Shown here: positions 39,748-49,619 of the stretch, piece by piece
Layout of the letters: each line of letters opens with the position of its first letter
Numbering within the stretch: the first letter of the stretch is position 1
Assembly (NCBI GenBank): GCA_903913285.1
Contig: CAIWKO010000060.1
Location: 55,898 to 119,897, forward strand
Direction: 5' to 3'
DNA: 64,000 nt
DNA from: an uncultured Bacteroidales bacterium
GTDB lineage: Bacteria; Bacteroidota; Bacteroidia; Bacteroidales; CAIWKO01
The notes under the pieces: model-generated
Database searches by the model: none
Seen by the model: only the letters and a program-made list of their open reading frames with translations
Told to the model about the DNA's origin: nothing
Position numbers and translations under genes: made by a program

Positions 39748-40275
39748 CTACTTTTTAGGTATCCATTCTATTTTGACGTACTTTTTTAGGTCCAATCGTT
39801 TAACGGGTATCCATATTTCTTCTTCCGAATCGGGACTGTCGTTCTTGTATTTTTTGCCCATCACCTGAAAAAATGGTCGGCTTACTATTTCGTACAACGC
39901 ATATTCATACCACGGTTCGAATATAGCGTCATACTGCTCGCGAAAAGCACTTGCAGGGCCTTTATGTGTGTATACGGCATACCAGTCGCATTCGATGGTC
40001 ATGGTTTCCATGCCTTCGGGTATATTATCGAAGCTGCTCACTTCCACTGCTGCCCATTTCTCAAAGGGCATCTCGAACGAGAAAATTTCTTCATCATCCT
40101 GATAATCGTATATCTGAACACAATAAAGGTCTTCGCCTTTGATGTTACTGATCTTTTTCCGTTCGGGCATAAAGCTTTTCCATAACTCGACGGTTTTGTC
40201 GTTGGCAAAATTCATTTTAAGACGTTTGCCAACCAGCCTGATCTTTCTTGAGAGTCTGACGCGCGGTTCTTCCAT
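39748..40275 (-). CDS. GyrI-like small-molecule-binding domain protein
   Basis: ELWKSFMP, EKWAAVEV, YAVYTHKG and SEEEIWIPV. Confidence 0.85.
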   Translation of the reverse strand: MEEPRVRLSRKIRLVGKRLKMNFANDKTVELWKSFMPERKKISNIKGEDLYCVQIYDYQDDEEIFSFEMPFEKWAAVEVSSFDNIPEGMETMTIECDWYAVYTHKGPASAFREQYDAIFEPWYEYALYEIVSRPFFQVMGKKYKNDSPDSEEEIWIPVKRLDLKKYVKIEWIPKK

Positions 40276-40464
40276 GGATTAGGGTTTATTAGTTATAAAA
40301 TAATTTTCGAACTTTACATCACCAAAGTTATGATTTTTTTATTTTACTTTTTTAAAACTTGATTTATTTCATAAATGAATTAAATTTTTGTTGAATAATT
40401 AGTAATCTGCTTTTTTTTAATTTATCTTTGTTCAAACATATTATTAATTAAAAAACCAAAATCA

Positions 40465-40989
40465 ATGAAAACATTAAAACTTTTAGCAATGATTATGATT
40501 ACCGGTATTGTTGCTGTTTCGTGCAAAAAAGAAGGCCCCGCCGGACCACAAGGAGCGGCCGGTACAAATGGGACTAATGGTACTAATGGTAATGCTAATG
40601 TAACCGTATATGGCTATGGCACCGATACGCTTAAAGCTAGTAATAACTATGCTGCAAATTACTATCCTGCCGGATTAACCAGTGGTTTGGTCGATTCAAG
40701 CATAATAGTAACATATTATAGCGCTTATCCAGGAGAATGGAATATGGCAAACGGCTATGGCCCAAGTGGACAATATGCCACCATTCAATATACATATGGA
40801 GGCTCTACACCTGCTTTAGTTTCTGTTTATCTTAGAAATGTCGACGGCACAGGTTATACAGGAGTTGATGTTATCTGGGATTCTGTCAGGATATTTGTAG
40901 TTCCGGCAAACATCTATAAAATTGCCAAACACGATAAGCTCAATTATAATAATTATAAAGCCGTGAATGATTATTTTAAAGCCAAATAA
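40465..40989 (+). CDS. Collagen-like lipoprotein, paralogue 1
   Basis: Lipobox VAVSC-KKE followed by GPAGPQGAAGTNGTNGTNGNA (Gly-X-Y). Confidence 0.85.
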   Translation: MKTLKLLAMIMITGIVAVSCKKEGPAGPQGAAGTNGTNGTNGNANVTVYGYGTDTLKASNNYAANYYPAGLTSGLVDSSIIVTYYSAYPGEWNMANGYGPSGQYATIQYTYGGSTPALVSVYLRNVDGTGYTGVDVIWDSVRIFVVPANIYKIAKHDKLNYNNYKAVNDYFKAK

Positions 40990-41018
40990 ATTATAATTAA
41001 ATTAGCATTTAAAGAAGC

Positions 41019-41058
41019 ATTTTGAAAGTGATTGTTAAATAACAATCACTTTCAAAAT
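41019..41058. terminator. Perfect AT-rich inverted repeat between lipoprotein paralogues (terminator or processing stem)
   Basis: ATTTTGAAAGTGATTGTTA-AA-TAACAATCACTTTCAAAAT (19-bp arms). Confidence 0.6.
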
Positions 41059-41144
41059 CTTTTTATTTCCCGAATGCAAATCATAATTTTTTGTTTATTA
41101 ATTTTATCTTTGTTCAAACATTTATTAATTAAAACCCAAAATTT

Positions 41145-41669
41145 ATGAAAACATTAAAACTTCTGGCAATGATACTGATTATCGGAATTGTTGCTGTTTC
41201 GTGTAAAAAAGAAACCGGCCCCACAGGACCACAAGGACCTTCCGGAACTAATGGTACTAATGGCACCAATGGAAATGCTAATGTCACCGTTTACGGCTTT
41301 AGTTCAATAACACTTAATTCCGGTAATGGCTATTACGGATATTTTTACCCGGCCGGATTAACCAGTGGGATGATCGACTCCAGCACCGTAGTTTCCTACT
41401 ACCAGGTTGGGGCAAATGAATGGAACATGGCAAACGGTCTCGGACCGGCAGCCAATTACGCTACAATTCAGTACACCTATGGCGGTGGGACTCCTTTTGT
41501 CAGTATTTATCTCAGAAATGCAGACGGAACGGCCTATACAGGAAGCGATGTCACCTGGGATTCTATTAGGATATTCGTTGTTCCTGCAAACATTTATAAA
41601 ATTGCAAATCGCAATAATCTCGATTATAAAAATTATAAAGCCGTGAACAATTATTTTAAAACCAAATAA
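41145..41669 (+). CDS. Collagen-like lipoprotein, paralogue 2
   Basis: Same length and colinear with paralogue 1; VAVSC, GPTGPQGPSGTNGTNGTNG. Confidence 0.85.
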   Translation: MKTLKLLAMILIIGIVAVSCKKETGPTGPQGPSGTNGTNGTNGNANVTVYGFSSITLNSGNGYYGYFYPAGLTSGMIDSSTVVSYYQVGANEWNMANGLGPAANYATIQYTYGGGTPFVSIYLRNADGTAYTGSDVTWDSIRIFVVPANIYKIANRNNLDYKNYKAVNNYFKTK

Positions 41670-41724
41670 ATTATTATTATATCATCATTAAAAGAGTCTT
41701 TTTATCAATTAAAAACCAAAATTT

Positions 41725-42288
41725 ATGAGAACATTTAAATTATTAGCGATGATTCTTTTAATAGGAATCATAGCTGTTTCGTGTAAAAAAGAAACCGGTC
41801 CTGCAGGTGCAACGGGAGCAACGGGAGCAACAGGCACAGCCAATGTCATCTATTCACCCTGGACAGGTTTTGATGCAGCATTATGGAAACCTACTATTAA
41901 TGAATATGGACGAACTATCAGATTTTATCCAGCCGTTGCTAATGACCTAACCCAAAATATTATTGATCAAGGTACGGTAATGGTTTATGCTAAATTTGTA
42001 GGAATTCCGACCCCAATGGCCTTACCAATAACAGTATATGACGTGGGAAATAAATACATAGGATTCCGATTAGAACCAGATACAATTAACATAGCCTACT
42101 ACGATCTGGATGACACCAATGATCCCGGAACTTTTTCAGGAACAGCCTCAGAAAATGCATATAGATATATAATAATACCCGGTGGAACTCCTTCAAAAAG
42201 TCCGGCTAAAAATTCAGAAATATCTTCGGAACAATTAAAAGCGATGTCATACAAACAAGTATGCAGTCATTTTAATATTCCTGAATAA
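41725..42288 (+). CDS. Collagen-like lipoprotein, paralogue 3 (divergent C-terminus)
   Basis: IAVSC-KKE, GPAGATGATGATGTANVIYS.W and YRYIIIPG. Confidence 0.85.
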   Translation: MRTFKLLAMILLIGIIAVSCKKETGPAGATGATGATGTANVIYSPWTGFDAALWKPTINEYGRTIRFYPAVANDLTQNIIDQGTVMVYAKFVGIPTPMALPITVYDVGNKYIGFRLEPDTINIAYYDLDDTNDPGTFSGTASENAYRYIIIPGGTPSKSPAKNSEISSEQLKAMSYKQVCSHFNIPE

Positions 42289-42307
42289 ATAGCTCCTTTA
42301 CAACATT

Positions 42308-42340
42308 AAAAGCCTGTTGATGATCTCAACAGGCTTTTTT
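42308..42340. terminator. Bidirectional Rho-independent terminator
   Basis: AAAAGCCTGTTGA-TGATC-TCAACAGGCTTTTTT between convergent genes. Confidence 0.85.
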
Positions 42341-42354
42341 AGTATTATACTTTA

Positions 42355-42774
42355 TCAATCACCTTTCTCCAACTCCCTTATCTTAGCTTTTACACTCTCA
42401 GGCAATATCAGTTTGGTGTTTTTATCAAAATCATACAAAACCAAGACATCCTGTGCTTCGGCTATGGTTTCGTTCTTATGGTTGACGATCAAATGCTGCA
42501 TCACAAAACTAGTGCTTTTGATGTCAGCTACTTTGCTATAGATCGTAAGCTGTCCGGGATAGAACAATGGTTTGCGAAACTGACATGCCGAAGAGGCCAA
42601 AATAGGTCCTGTTCTGATTTCGGCAGGTATAGGCATCAGGCCTATCAATTCCAGATAATTTACACGTGCGGCCTGCACATATTTCATAATCGAGATATTG
42701 TTCACATGCCCGAACAGATCCATTTCGCTCCAGTCGATCCGGAGTTCGAGTTTTACTTTTGATTGTAGTTGCAT
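42355..42774 (-). CDS. Acyl-CoA thioesterase (4HBT/YbgC family)
   Basis: WSEMDLFGHVNN...YVQAAR and FRKPLFYP. Confidence 0.9.
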   Translation of the reverse strand: MQLQSKVKLELRIDWSEMDLFGHVNNISIMKYVQAARVNYLELIGLMPIPAEIRTGPILASSACQFRKPLFYPGQLTIYSKVADIKSTSFVMQHLIVNHKNETIAEAQDVLVLYDFDKNTKLILPESVKAKIRELEKGD

Positions 42775-42807
42775 CCTTCCAGCCTTATGTTATTGGTATA
42801 TATTAGT

Positions 42808-43320
42808 TTATTTCTCTATAATCCCTTCCAATAAATTCTCAATAACAAGCTTGTCACCTTTATTACTTTTACCGAAAACCAAAAACAAATCATATTTCTG
42901 CCTTGGTTCGAATACAAAATAGTGATCCTCCGTAATAAAGTCGTAATAGTCATAAATGGGTTCGTCAGAATTCATGAACCTTTGTTTTCGCAAGAATGCT
43001 ATGGGGTGAATTGTATCCTTATCCACACTATTAATAAGACTTATATTCTTAAAATTACCTTTCAGGTGCAATTCTGTTGACTTATTGCTTTGAAATGTCA
43101 CCCACACTCCGGTAATATTTTTACTCGTATCTATTTGACGACATGATATCGGGCGCATCGACACCGATGCAAAATAGATCACATCAGGTAATTTAATAGA
43201 GTCGGGTAATTGGCAAAAACTAAAAGGGTTCCATAGCCGACATTTTATCGTCGGATCTGTTTGTGCAAAAACCGATATCGTAATATTGAACACTACGAAG
43301 AAATAAAAGATCTTTTTCAT
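42808..43320 (-). CDS. Secreted hypothetical protein
   Basis: Signal peptide MKKIFYFFVVFNITISVFA from ATG 43320. Confidence 0.65.
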   Translation of the reverse strand: MKKIFYFFVVFNITISVFAQTDPTIKCRLWNPFSFCQLPDSIKLPDVIYFASVSMRPISCRQIDTSKNITGVWVTFQSNKSTELHLKGNFKNISLINSVDKDTIHPIAFLRKQRFMNSDEPIYDYYDFITEDHYFVFEPRQKYDLFLVFGKSNKGDKLVIENLLEGIIEK

Positions 43321-43437
43321 AAAATCCTTTTCTGTTTGGATTCTTCTATATAGCATGCAGTCTTGCTGCCTGCTCTCAAAGTTAATACTTTTTATAGGTC
43401 TATATAAGAACTAATTGCTTGCTATGGGTTTCCCATT

Positions 43438-44475
43438 TTAATAGTCAATATTATAATAATCTTTCAGGTATTTTTTCGAAGTTGCATCGCCCAAATCGGC
43501 TGCTTTTTTCCAATCAGCTATACATAAATCCTTTTTTTTCTGTATCCAATATACGCTTCCCCGGTTGTTGTATGCAATTGCATATTTTGGATCGATGCTT
43601 ATTGCTTTCGTAAAATCAGCAATTGCCAGATCATATTTCTCAAGCTTGCGATAACAGAGCCCAATAGAAACATATACGTCTGCTTGCTGCGATTTTATTT
43701 TCAACGAAGCATTATAATCGTTCATGGCAAGGTCGTAATTTTGCTGGTGATAATAAACAAGTCCTCGGTTATAATAAGCATCTGAATTATCAGGGTTTAT
43801 TTTTAACGATGCGGTATAATCTTCAATGGCATGATTATTATCATTTAGCTTATAATAAGCCAGACCTCTGTTGTAAAATGCATCTGTATAATTCGGGTCG
43901 AGCTTTATGGCAAGAGTATAATCGGCTATGGCAGTTTGATATTCACCTTTGTAATAATTTGCTAAACCCCTGCTGTAATAGGCATCTGTGTATTGAGGAT
44001 TTATTCTTATGGCCTTATTATAATCGGCTATTGCAGTTTCGTAATCACCTTTTTTACGGTAGCAAAGCCCGCAGTTATAAATTGCTTGAGCATCTCCGGG
44101 ATTTAAAATCAGAGCCGTATTAAAATCAGCTATTGCAGTAGAATAGCTTTCCTGATAATAATATGCCAGCCCTCGATTAAAATAAGCATCCTCATATTTA
44201 GGGTTTATCTTTATAGCATCGGTATAATCTTTTATAGCCGATTCATAATTAGCAAGCTTGAAATAGGCCAGACCTCTATTGTATAAAGTATTTTCATCCT
44301 TCGGATCACTCAAAAGCACCTTATTATATTGTTCAATAGCCGATTTATAATTACCATCTTTATAATAGGCAAGCCCTTGTTTGAACGCTGTGCTTATATC
44401 CTGCGAATAACCGTTTTGCACAAAAGCACTTAGAATAAAAATGCTGAAGCTTAAAAGACATAATTTTCTTTTCAT
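43438..44475 (-). CDS. Tetratricopeptide repeat protein, secreted
   Basis: Signal peptide plus about 9 repeats of AYYNRGLAYY..Y..AIADY..AIKINP. Confidence 0.92.
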   Translation of the reverse strand: MKRKLCLLSFSIFILSAFVQNGYSQDISTAFKQGLAYYKDGNYKSAIEQYNKVLLSDPKDENTLYNRGLAYFKLANYESAIKDYTDAIKINPKYEDAYFNRGLAYYYQESYSTAIADFNTALILNPGDAQAIYNCGLCYRKKGDYETAIADYNKAIRINPQYTDAYYSRGLANYYKGEYQTAIADYTLAIKLDPNYTDAFYNRGLAYYKLNDNNHAIEDYTASLKINPDNSDAYYNRGLVYYHQQNYDLAMNDYNASLKIKSQQADVYVSIGLCYRKLEKYDLAIADFTKAISIDPKYAIAYNNRGSVYWIQKKKDLCIADWKKAADLGDATSKKYLKDYYNIDY

Positions 44476-44610
44476 TGTTTTTTTAATTTAATAGTGAAGT
44501 AATTAATACGAATGGATACTACCATTCTACCTCTTTGTAGCGAGTTTTCAAAGATACTACTTTTATTTTAGGTGGTTTTTACTCGAAGCAAGGTGATGCT
44601 ATGCATAATA

Positions 44611-45180
44611 TTACTTCTCAATATATTCTACAATAAAATTTTTATCCGGCATAAAGTTCTTTTTGCTCCAGTAAAAAACCCTCATGGTATTTAGTTGCTT
44701 TATACTGTCGGGAGTATACGAAATTGAAATGATATTCAGGTTTTTGGGAGTTATTAACTTATAACAGGAATTTTCGAACGGAATTCCCCATTTCTGCGTG
44801 GTGAGCAATATATATTCTGCCTTATTTTTTAATAGTTTTTGCCTGTACGATATTTTGTATTTCCCAACTCCATATGCATCGATATCAACTTTAAAATAGA
44901 AACCTTTCTCCGTTTTACTTATAATAATGTCTTTCGATTTTACATTACAATCGGTAGCACAAATTGAATCAACGTCACCATAAAGACTATCCAGAGGAAA
45001 AGGATAAAACAATAGTTGCTGTATTTCTTTATTACCGTTATTGCAAAAGTTATAGATACCATCTACACGAAAATAACCGTTCTTTATTTCAAAGGTCAGG
45101 TCCTCGCGATAAAATTGTAGATTTTGAGGAAAAAGGTTTGGAGTCAAAAAGAGAGAGCAAAATACTATGAATGCCTTCAT
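44611..45180 (-). CDS. Secreted hypothetical protein
   Basis: 189-aa ORF 5 bp downstream of the T9SS cargo gene, with N-terminal hydrophobic stretch. Confidence 0.7.
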   Translation of the reverse strand: MKAFIVFCSLFLTPNLFPQNLQFYREDLTFEIKNGYFRVDGIYNFCNNGNKEIQQLLFYPFPLDSLYGDVDSICATDCNVKSKDIIISKTEKGFYFKVDIDAYGVGKYKISYRQKLLKNKAEYILLTTQKWGIPFENSCYKLITPKNLNIISISYTPDSIKQLNTMRVFYWSKKNFMPDKNFIVEYIEK

Positions 45181-45185
45181 AATTA

Positions 45186-46295
45186 TTACTTTGCAATTAT
45201 GATTTTTTGGGTGGCCGCTTCTTTTCCGTCTAATTCCAGTTTACAATAATACATGCCTGAAGCCGCAGCATTATAATAGCATATTCCATCCCATTTCACA
45301 GTATATGTATCTTGTTTATCACTAATATTAACAGGCAACATGCGTACTATTTCTCCATTCGGATCATATATTTTTATGAGCGCTTTCGAATAATGTTTAT
45401 TGGATTTCATGGCAAACGTAAAATACGTTTCGCCTGTTGAAGGATTGGGGTAGCATGATAAACTGACCGCCCCTTGAAACGAATTAGATTCAATGCCTGT
45501 TAGAAGTGTGTCAATTGTAAATTCATAATAGTTTATTGAATCGGGCTCTATAGTGATCAATGTATCTAAAAGATCAGTTGAAAACGAAGCGAAAACATCA
45601 ACTGTACGTTGCGAACTGAATTCCTCGGATGAAAAACTCCCGGTCGAATCGGTTATAAAATATTTATAGAAATTCTCACAAACTGATGGCCCCGGACCTG
45701 TTATATAGTATATGTTGCCCACCTTGATCCCTGGAACAGGGTTATGCGCCAGATCAAAAACTTTTCCTGTAAAAATACCTTTGGCCGAAGATACCTGAAA
45801 AGGATCATATCCAATTGTGGGATTATTATCTTTCACCAGATAATAATCTGTTTCAAATCCATAACTCACACTATAGCACGAATAAGCCATCCGCACCAGC
45901 GACTGCCCGATTAAAGGAGCAGCGATCATAGAATTGGAAATATTGCCAAAATAAATCTCCTCTATCAAGTAATCAGATTCGTTTTTAATTGCAATATAAT
46001 CGCCACTCCGGTTAAAATGCAACAAACTTTGCAAACTATCCTGTGTAATAATGATGATGCTGTCTGCAGTAATTGTAATACCATTTTTAAACAAACAACT
46101 CCCACCCGATGATTCAAGTCTGAACCCATCGAAATTTGATCCAAAATATGGACTTTGAGGAAAAACCAATTCAAGATACCATGTAGAATCGTTCACCATA
46201 TAAAACTCGCTTATTACTGGAGGAACAGGAATCGGGTTTGCTTTGGTAGTTCCGATCGATTGCATTAACAACAATAGCACAAGTAACTTCTTCAT
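45186..46295 (-). CDS. T9SS type-A sorting domain protein
   Basis: Signal peptide; C-terminal YPNP...IKIYD..GEIVR...WDG...SGMYY..L....QKIII.K. Confidence 0.85.
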   Translation of the reverse strand: MKKLLVLLLLMQSIGTTKANPIPVPPVISEFYMVNDSTWYLELVFPQSPYFGSNFDGFRLESSGGSCLFKNGITITADSIIIITQDSLQSLLHFNRSGDYIAIKNESDYLIEEIYFGNISNSMIAAPLIGQSLVRMAYSCYSVSYGFETDYYLVKDNNPTIGYDPFQVSSAKGIFTGKVFDLAHNPVPGIKVGNIYYITGPGPSVCENFYKYFITDSTGSFSSEEFSSQRTVDVFASFSTDLLDTLITIEPDSINYYEFTIDTLLTGIESNSFQGAVSLSCYPNPSTGETYFTFAMKSNKHYSKALIKIYDPNGEIVRMLPVNISDKQDTYTVKWDGICYYNAAASGMYYCKLELDGKEAATQKIIIAK

Positions 46296-46566
46296 GATTT
46301 GCTTATAAATTACTTAACAACCAAAAATTATCAATTAGAACTTGGTTATAACAAAGATATAATTTTTTCAAAAACAAATCCTTAATAATTTATTATTTGG
46401 GTTGAGGTAACATGATTTTAATTAATTGCACGCAACGGGATACGCAAGCGAGCAGTGTGAAGTATGTTTTAATGTCAACGACAATAGCTTTCAGAAAAAC
46501 ATAAATCATTTTACAATAACAATTTTGAATCAAAAGCAACCATAAAAACTAAAAAAACGCTAAAGT

Positions 46567-46650
46567 CAAATTTAGAACAACGAAGTACAAAATCTGAACA
46601 ACCAAGTACAAAATATCGACAATGAAGTACAAAATGAAGTCAACGACAAT
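46567..46650 (+). repeat. 21-bp tandem array A2 (4 units), homologous to array A1
   Basis: CAAATTTAGAACAACGAAGTA, CAAAATCTGAACAACCAAGTA, CAAAATATCGACAATGAAGTA, CAAAATGAAGTCAACGACAAT. Confidence 0.85.
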
Positions 46651-46864
46651 TAAAATAAAAAAAATCAAAACAAAAAAAATCAATTAAATCACTAATTATC
46701 TACTTAATAACACCATTCAACAAATTAACCTACAATTCACAAGTCATGGCACGATTCTCTGTCGTATTACTATTTTTACAACACGAATATCGTGATTATC
46801 CTATCGTACATCATCCAAATTACTATTTACATCCAAACTCTAAAGCCTTTTGTCAATATTTATT

Positions 46865-47305
46865 CATCGTGAACGAGAAATATGACATCGTGAATAAGAA
46901 TTACGACATCGTGAATAAGAAATATAACATCGTGAATAAGAAATATGACATCGTGAATAAGAAATATGACATCGTGAATAAGAATTACGACATCGTGAAT
47001 AAGAAATATAACATCGTGAATAAGAATTATAACATCGTGAATAAGAATTATGACATCGTGAATAAGAAATACGACTGTGTGAATAAGAAATACGACTTCG
47101 TGAATAAGAATTATGACATCGTGAATAAAAATTACGACATCGTGAATAAGAAATATGACATCGTGAATAAGAAATATGACATCGTGAATAAGAAATATAA
47201 CATCGTGAATAAGAATTATAACATCGTGAATAAGAATTATAACATCGTGAATAAGAATTATGACATCGTGAATAAGAAATACGACTGTGTGAATAAGAAA
47301 TACGA
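46865..47305 (+). repeat. 21-bp tandem array B2 (CATCGTGAATAAGAAWTAYRA), 21 units
   Basis: Uninterrupted 21-bp register; translates as IVNKKYD heptads. Confidence 0.97.
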
Positions 47306-47519
47306 CTTCGACGATTTTAGTTACTATTACAACCCCATTCGGCAGCAAGCTCCGCCTCCTTTGGCTTATTTATGCCATCCGTGGCTTGTGGCTACAAATA
47401 AACAAACCCGGCATCAAATTCCTTACTTTCAGGAAAATAATATTCAATTTTGTGCGTTTTCTAAAAGAATAAACGCCATAACTTTTATTAAATAATTGCC
47501 AAATCAAAACTATACTCCG

Positions 47520-48161
47520 TTGAAAACGTTTTGCCTGTTGTTTCTGTTATTCTTTTTGGCGACACCTCCCGTCAAATCGCAGAACAAAGCATTTATTGCC
47601 GGTGCATTTATTGGGTTTTACGGAATTGAGATCAAGGGCCAGATAAAAGATATGTATTCTCCCGGAAAAATTTCAGGGAAAGGCGGATTTTCTTTTGGGT
47701 TTAATGTAAAACGCGACTTTTCTAAAAAGTTTTACGGTGCTCTTGAAATGCGCTATATCCAGAAAGGAAGCATCAATACTATCATAACCTACGCAGGAAG
47801 CCAATCGTGGGAAGCCATTCATCTCGGCTATATTGAAGTCCCTTTATCTGTCGGACTTAAGATCAAATTAAAAAAGAAACAACTTTATTTCGAATCAGGG
47901 CTTGCTTATGCCCGAATGATCATTTCAAAAATGATGTTGAGTCCTTCAAATTATTGGGACTGTTCGGCAAAGATCAATAATTTCAAACGCAACGACATTT
48001 CGTGGGTGGCCGCTCTCAAATATCCTATTCTAAAAAATGAGAAGTTAGTGCTTGGGCTTCGGTATTCATATTCACTGTTTACAATTCATTCGTTATACAA
48101 ATTATATAATATGGACTACGGTATTGAACTGTATTATTTGTTTAACCGGAATGTAAAATAG
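47520..48161 (+). CDS. Outer-membrane beta-barrel protein (PorT-like)
   Basis: Signal peptide, ALEMRYIQKG, LGYIEVPL and GLRYSYSL motifs. Start uncertain (TTG 47496 or 47520). Confidence 0.75.
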   Translation: MKTFCLLFLLFFLATPPVKSQNKAFIAGAFIGFYGIEIKGQIKDMYSPGKISGKGGFSFGFNVKRDFSKKFYGALEMRYIQKGSINTIITYAGSQSWEAIHLGYIEVPLSVGLKIKLKKKQLYFESGLAYARMIISKMMLSPSNYWDCSAKINNFKRNDISWVAALKYPILKNEKLVLGLRYSYSLFTIHSLYKLYNMDYGIELYYLFNRNVK

Positions 48162-48311
48162 ATTCTTAAGAAAATCTAAAAAAGTGGAATACAAAAGAAT
48201 AATAAACATAATTGGCAGTTTGGTCACGTAGCGAAATTTTCAAAAATAATCAATATGTATGCTGCAACCAAAATTTTATTTAAATTTGACATTCGTAAAA
48301 AGAACAAAACC

Positions 48312-49097
48312 ATGAAAACAAAACTATTGTTCGCATCAGCTATCGTTGCTGTTATGTTTATTGCCAATGCATTCACCACTAATGGGCAGGACTTTTATCT
48401 AAAAACCCCGAAAGGCTATACCTTCATTCCAAGCGGTTCGCGCATGGAAAACGGCAAAGCTATTGCTGTTCAGGCATTTTTTATCGCAAGCACCGAGATC
48501 ACCAACGGACAATACAACGCTTATCTGGCCGACCTGAAAAAACAAAACAACACTGCCGATTATGCCATTGCAAATTGCAGGAACGAGAACTGGAAATCGT
48601 ATCAACTACCAATAGCCATTAACTATCAATTGCTGAAAGACTATCCCGTGGTGAACATCAGTAAAGAAGCAGCCCTTTTATATTGCAAATGGCTGACAGC
48701 AAAACTTGAGAATGAGAACAAAGATCTTATTTTCGAAGTGCGTTTGCCCACCAAAGCCGAATGGGAATGGGCAGCCCTTGGCGGAATTGGAAGCAGCGAT
48801 TATCCGTGGGAAAGTTCAAAGTATACCGATGTAAGCAGATTTCCGGCACAATATAACAACACACTAAAACAACCGACCGGCCCCTGCAATGTGATGCAAT
48901 ATAACGAAAACGGTTATAAACTCTACGGCATGGCAGGTAATGTGGCCGAAATAATCGGCGATGCAGACATGGTGAAAGGCGGAAGCTGGAACAGCGGAGC
49001 CAACGAACTTAAGATCTATTCCGAAGAATTGTATCAGGTATCGCCCACGGTAGGTTTCAGGCCTATCATCACATTTATAGCGAAGAACAAACAATAG
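48312..49097 (+). CDS. Formylglycine-generating enzyme (SUMF1/FGE-sulfatase) domain protein
   Basis: TEITNGQY, YPVVNIS...A..YCKWL, RLPTKAEWEWAA.GG, GMAGNVAE, KGGSW and GFRP. Confidence 0.9.
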   Translation: MKTKLLFASAIVAVMFIANAFTTNGQDFYLKTPKGYTFIPSGSRMENGKAIAVQAFFIASTEITNGQYNAYLADLKKQNNTADYAIANCRNENWKSYQLPIAINYQLLKDYPVVNISKEAALLYCKWLTAKLENENKDLIFEVRLPTKAEWEWAALGGIGSSDYPWESSKYTDVSRFPAQYNNTLKQPTGPCNVMQYNENGYKLYGMAGNVAEIIGDADMVKGGSWNSGANELKIYSEELYQVSPTVGFRPIITFIAKNKQ

Positions 49098-49143
49098 CAG
49101 ATTCACTTTCTTTGTCCTCAACGCGACTTTTACACCTTTACGA

Positions 49144-49494
49144 ATGAAAACAACAGCTCTGATTATTTTCTTTTGTATCCTCAGCTATGTTTCGTTTGGG
49201 CAAAACACGGGCGATTCAACACAAACTATACCCAAAAGAACCTCTATTAAAGGAATCGTCGTCAAGTTCTGCAACGGGCTGAGCCTCGATTATGGCGAAC
49301 ATCAGGGATTGATCGTCATTAAAGAAGACCGGACAGGAAAAACATACAATGTGTTATTGAATCCATACATTCATTACGAGTATAAAGAGAACGACCACGT
49401 TAAAATAAAAGTCGAACCTCTTTCAACCGTAAAAAAGCCAACGGAATTGATGTGCGGTAGCATAGGGAATGTTTTTGTGGGGAAAAAAGAATAA
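49144..49494 (+). CDS. Secreted hypothetical protein
   Basis: Signal peptide; 116 aa. Confidence 0.65.
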   Translation: MKTTALIIFFCILSYVSFGQNTGDSTQTIPKRTSIKGIVVKFCNGLSLDYGEHQGLIVIKEDRTGKTYNVLLNPYIHYEYKENDHVKIKVEPLSTVKKPTELMCGSIGNVFVGKKE

Positions 49495-49619
49495 TAATCT
49501 ATTCCAGTCCCTTGAAGTTTTTCCGCCCATAATGCGGTGAATGTATTAATTTTGTCACGCAAACCACATCCTAAACTATTACTACGTTCTATAATCAGAT
49601 CTAAAAGAAATTTATAAAG

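Noticed and set aside
40465-41669. Diversity-generating retroelement template/variable repeat pair
   Set aside because: Differences between the paralogues are spread over all bases and mostly third codon positions, not adenine-specific; no reverse transcriptase in the window.
43438-44475. ~102-bp nucleotide periodicity
   Set aside because: Explained by 34-aa TPR repeats in the protein.
46865-47305. CRISPR array or plasmid replication origin
   Set aside because: No unique spacers; no Rep or ParA gene or evident DnaA-box cluster adjacent; context is chromosomal.
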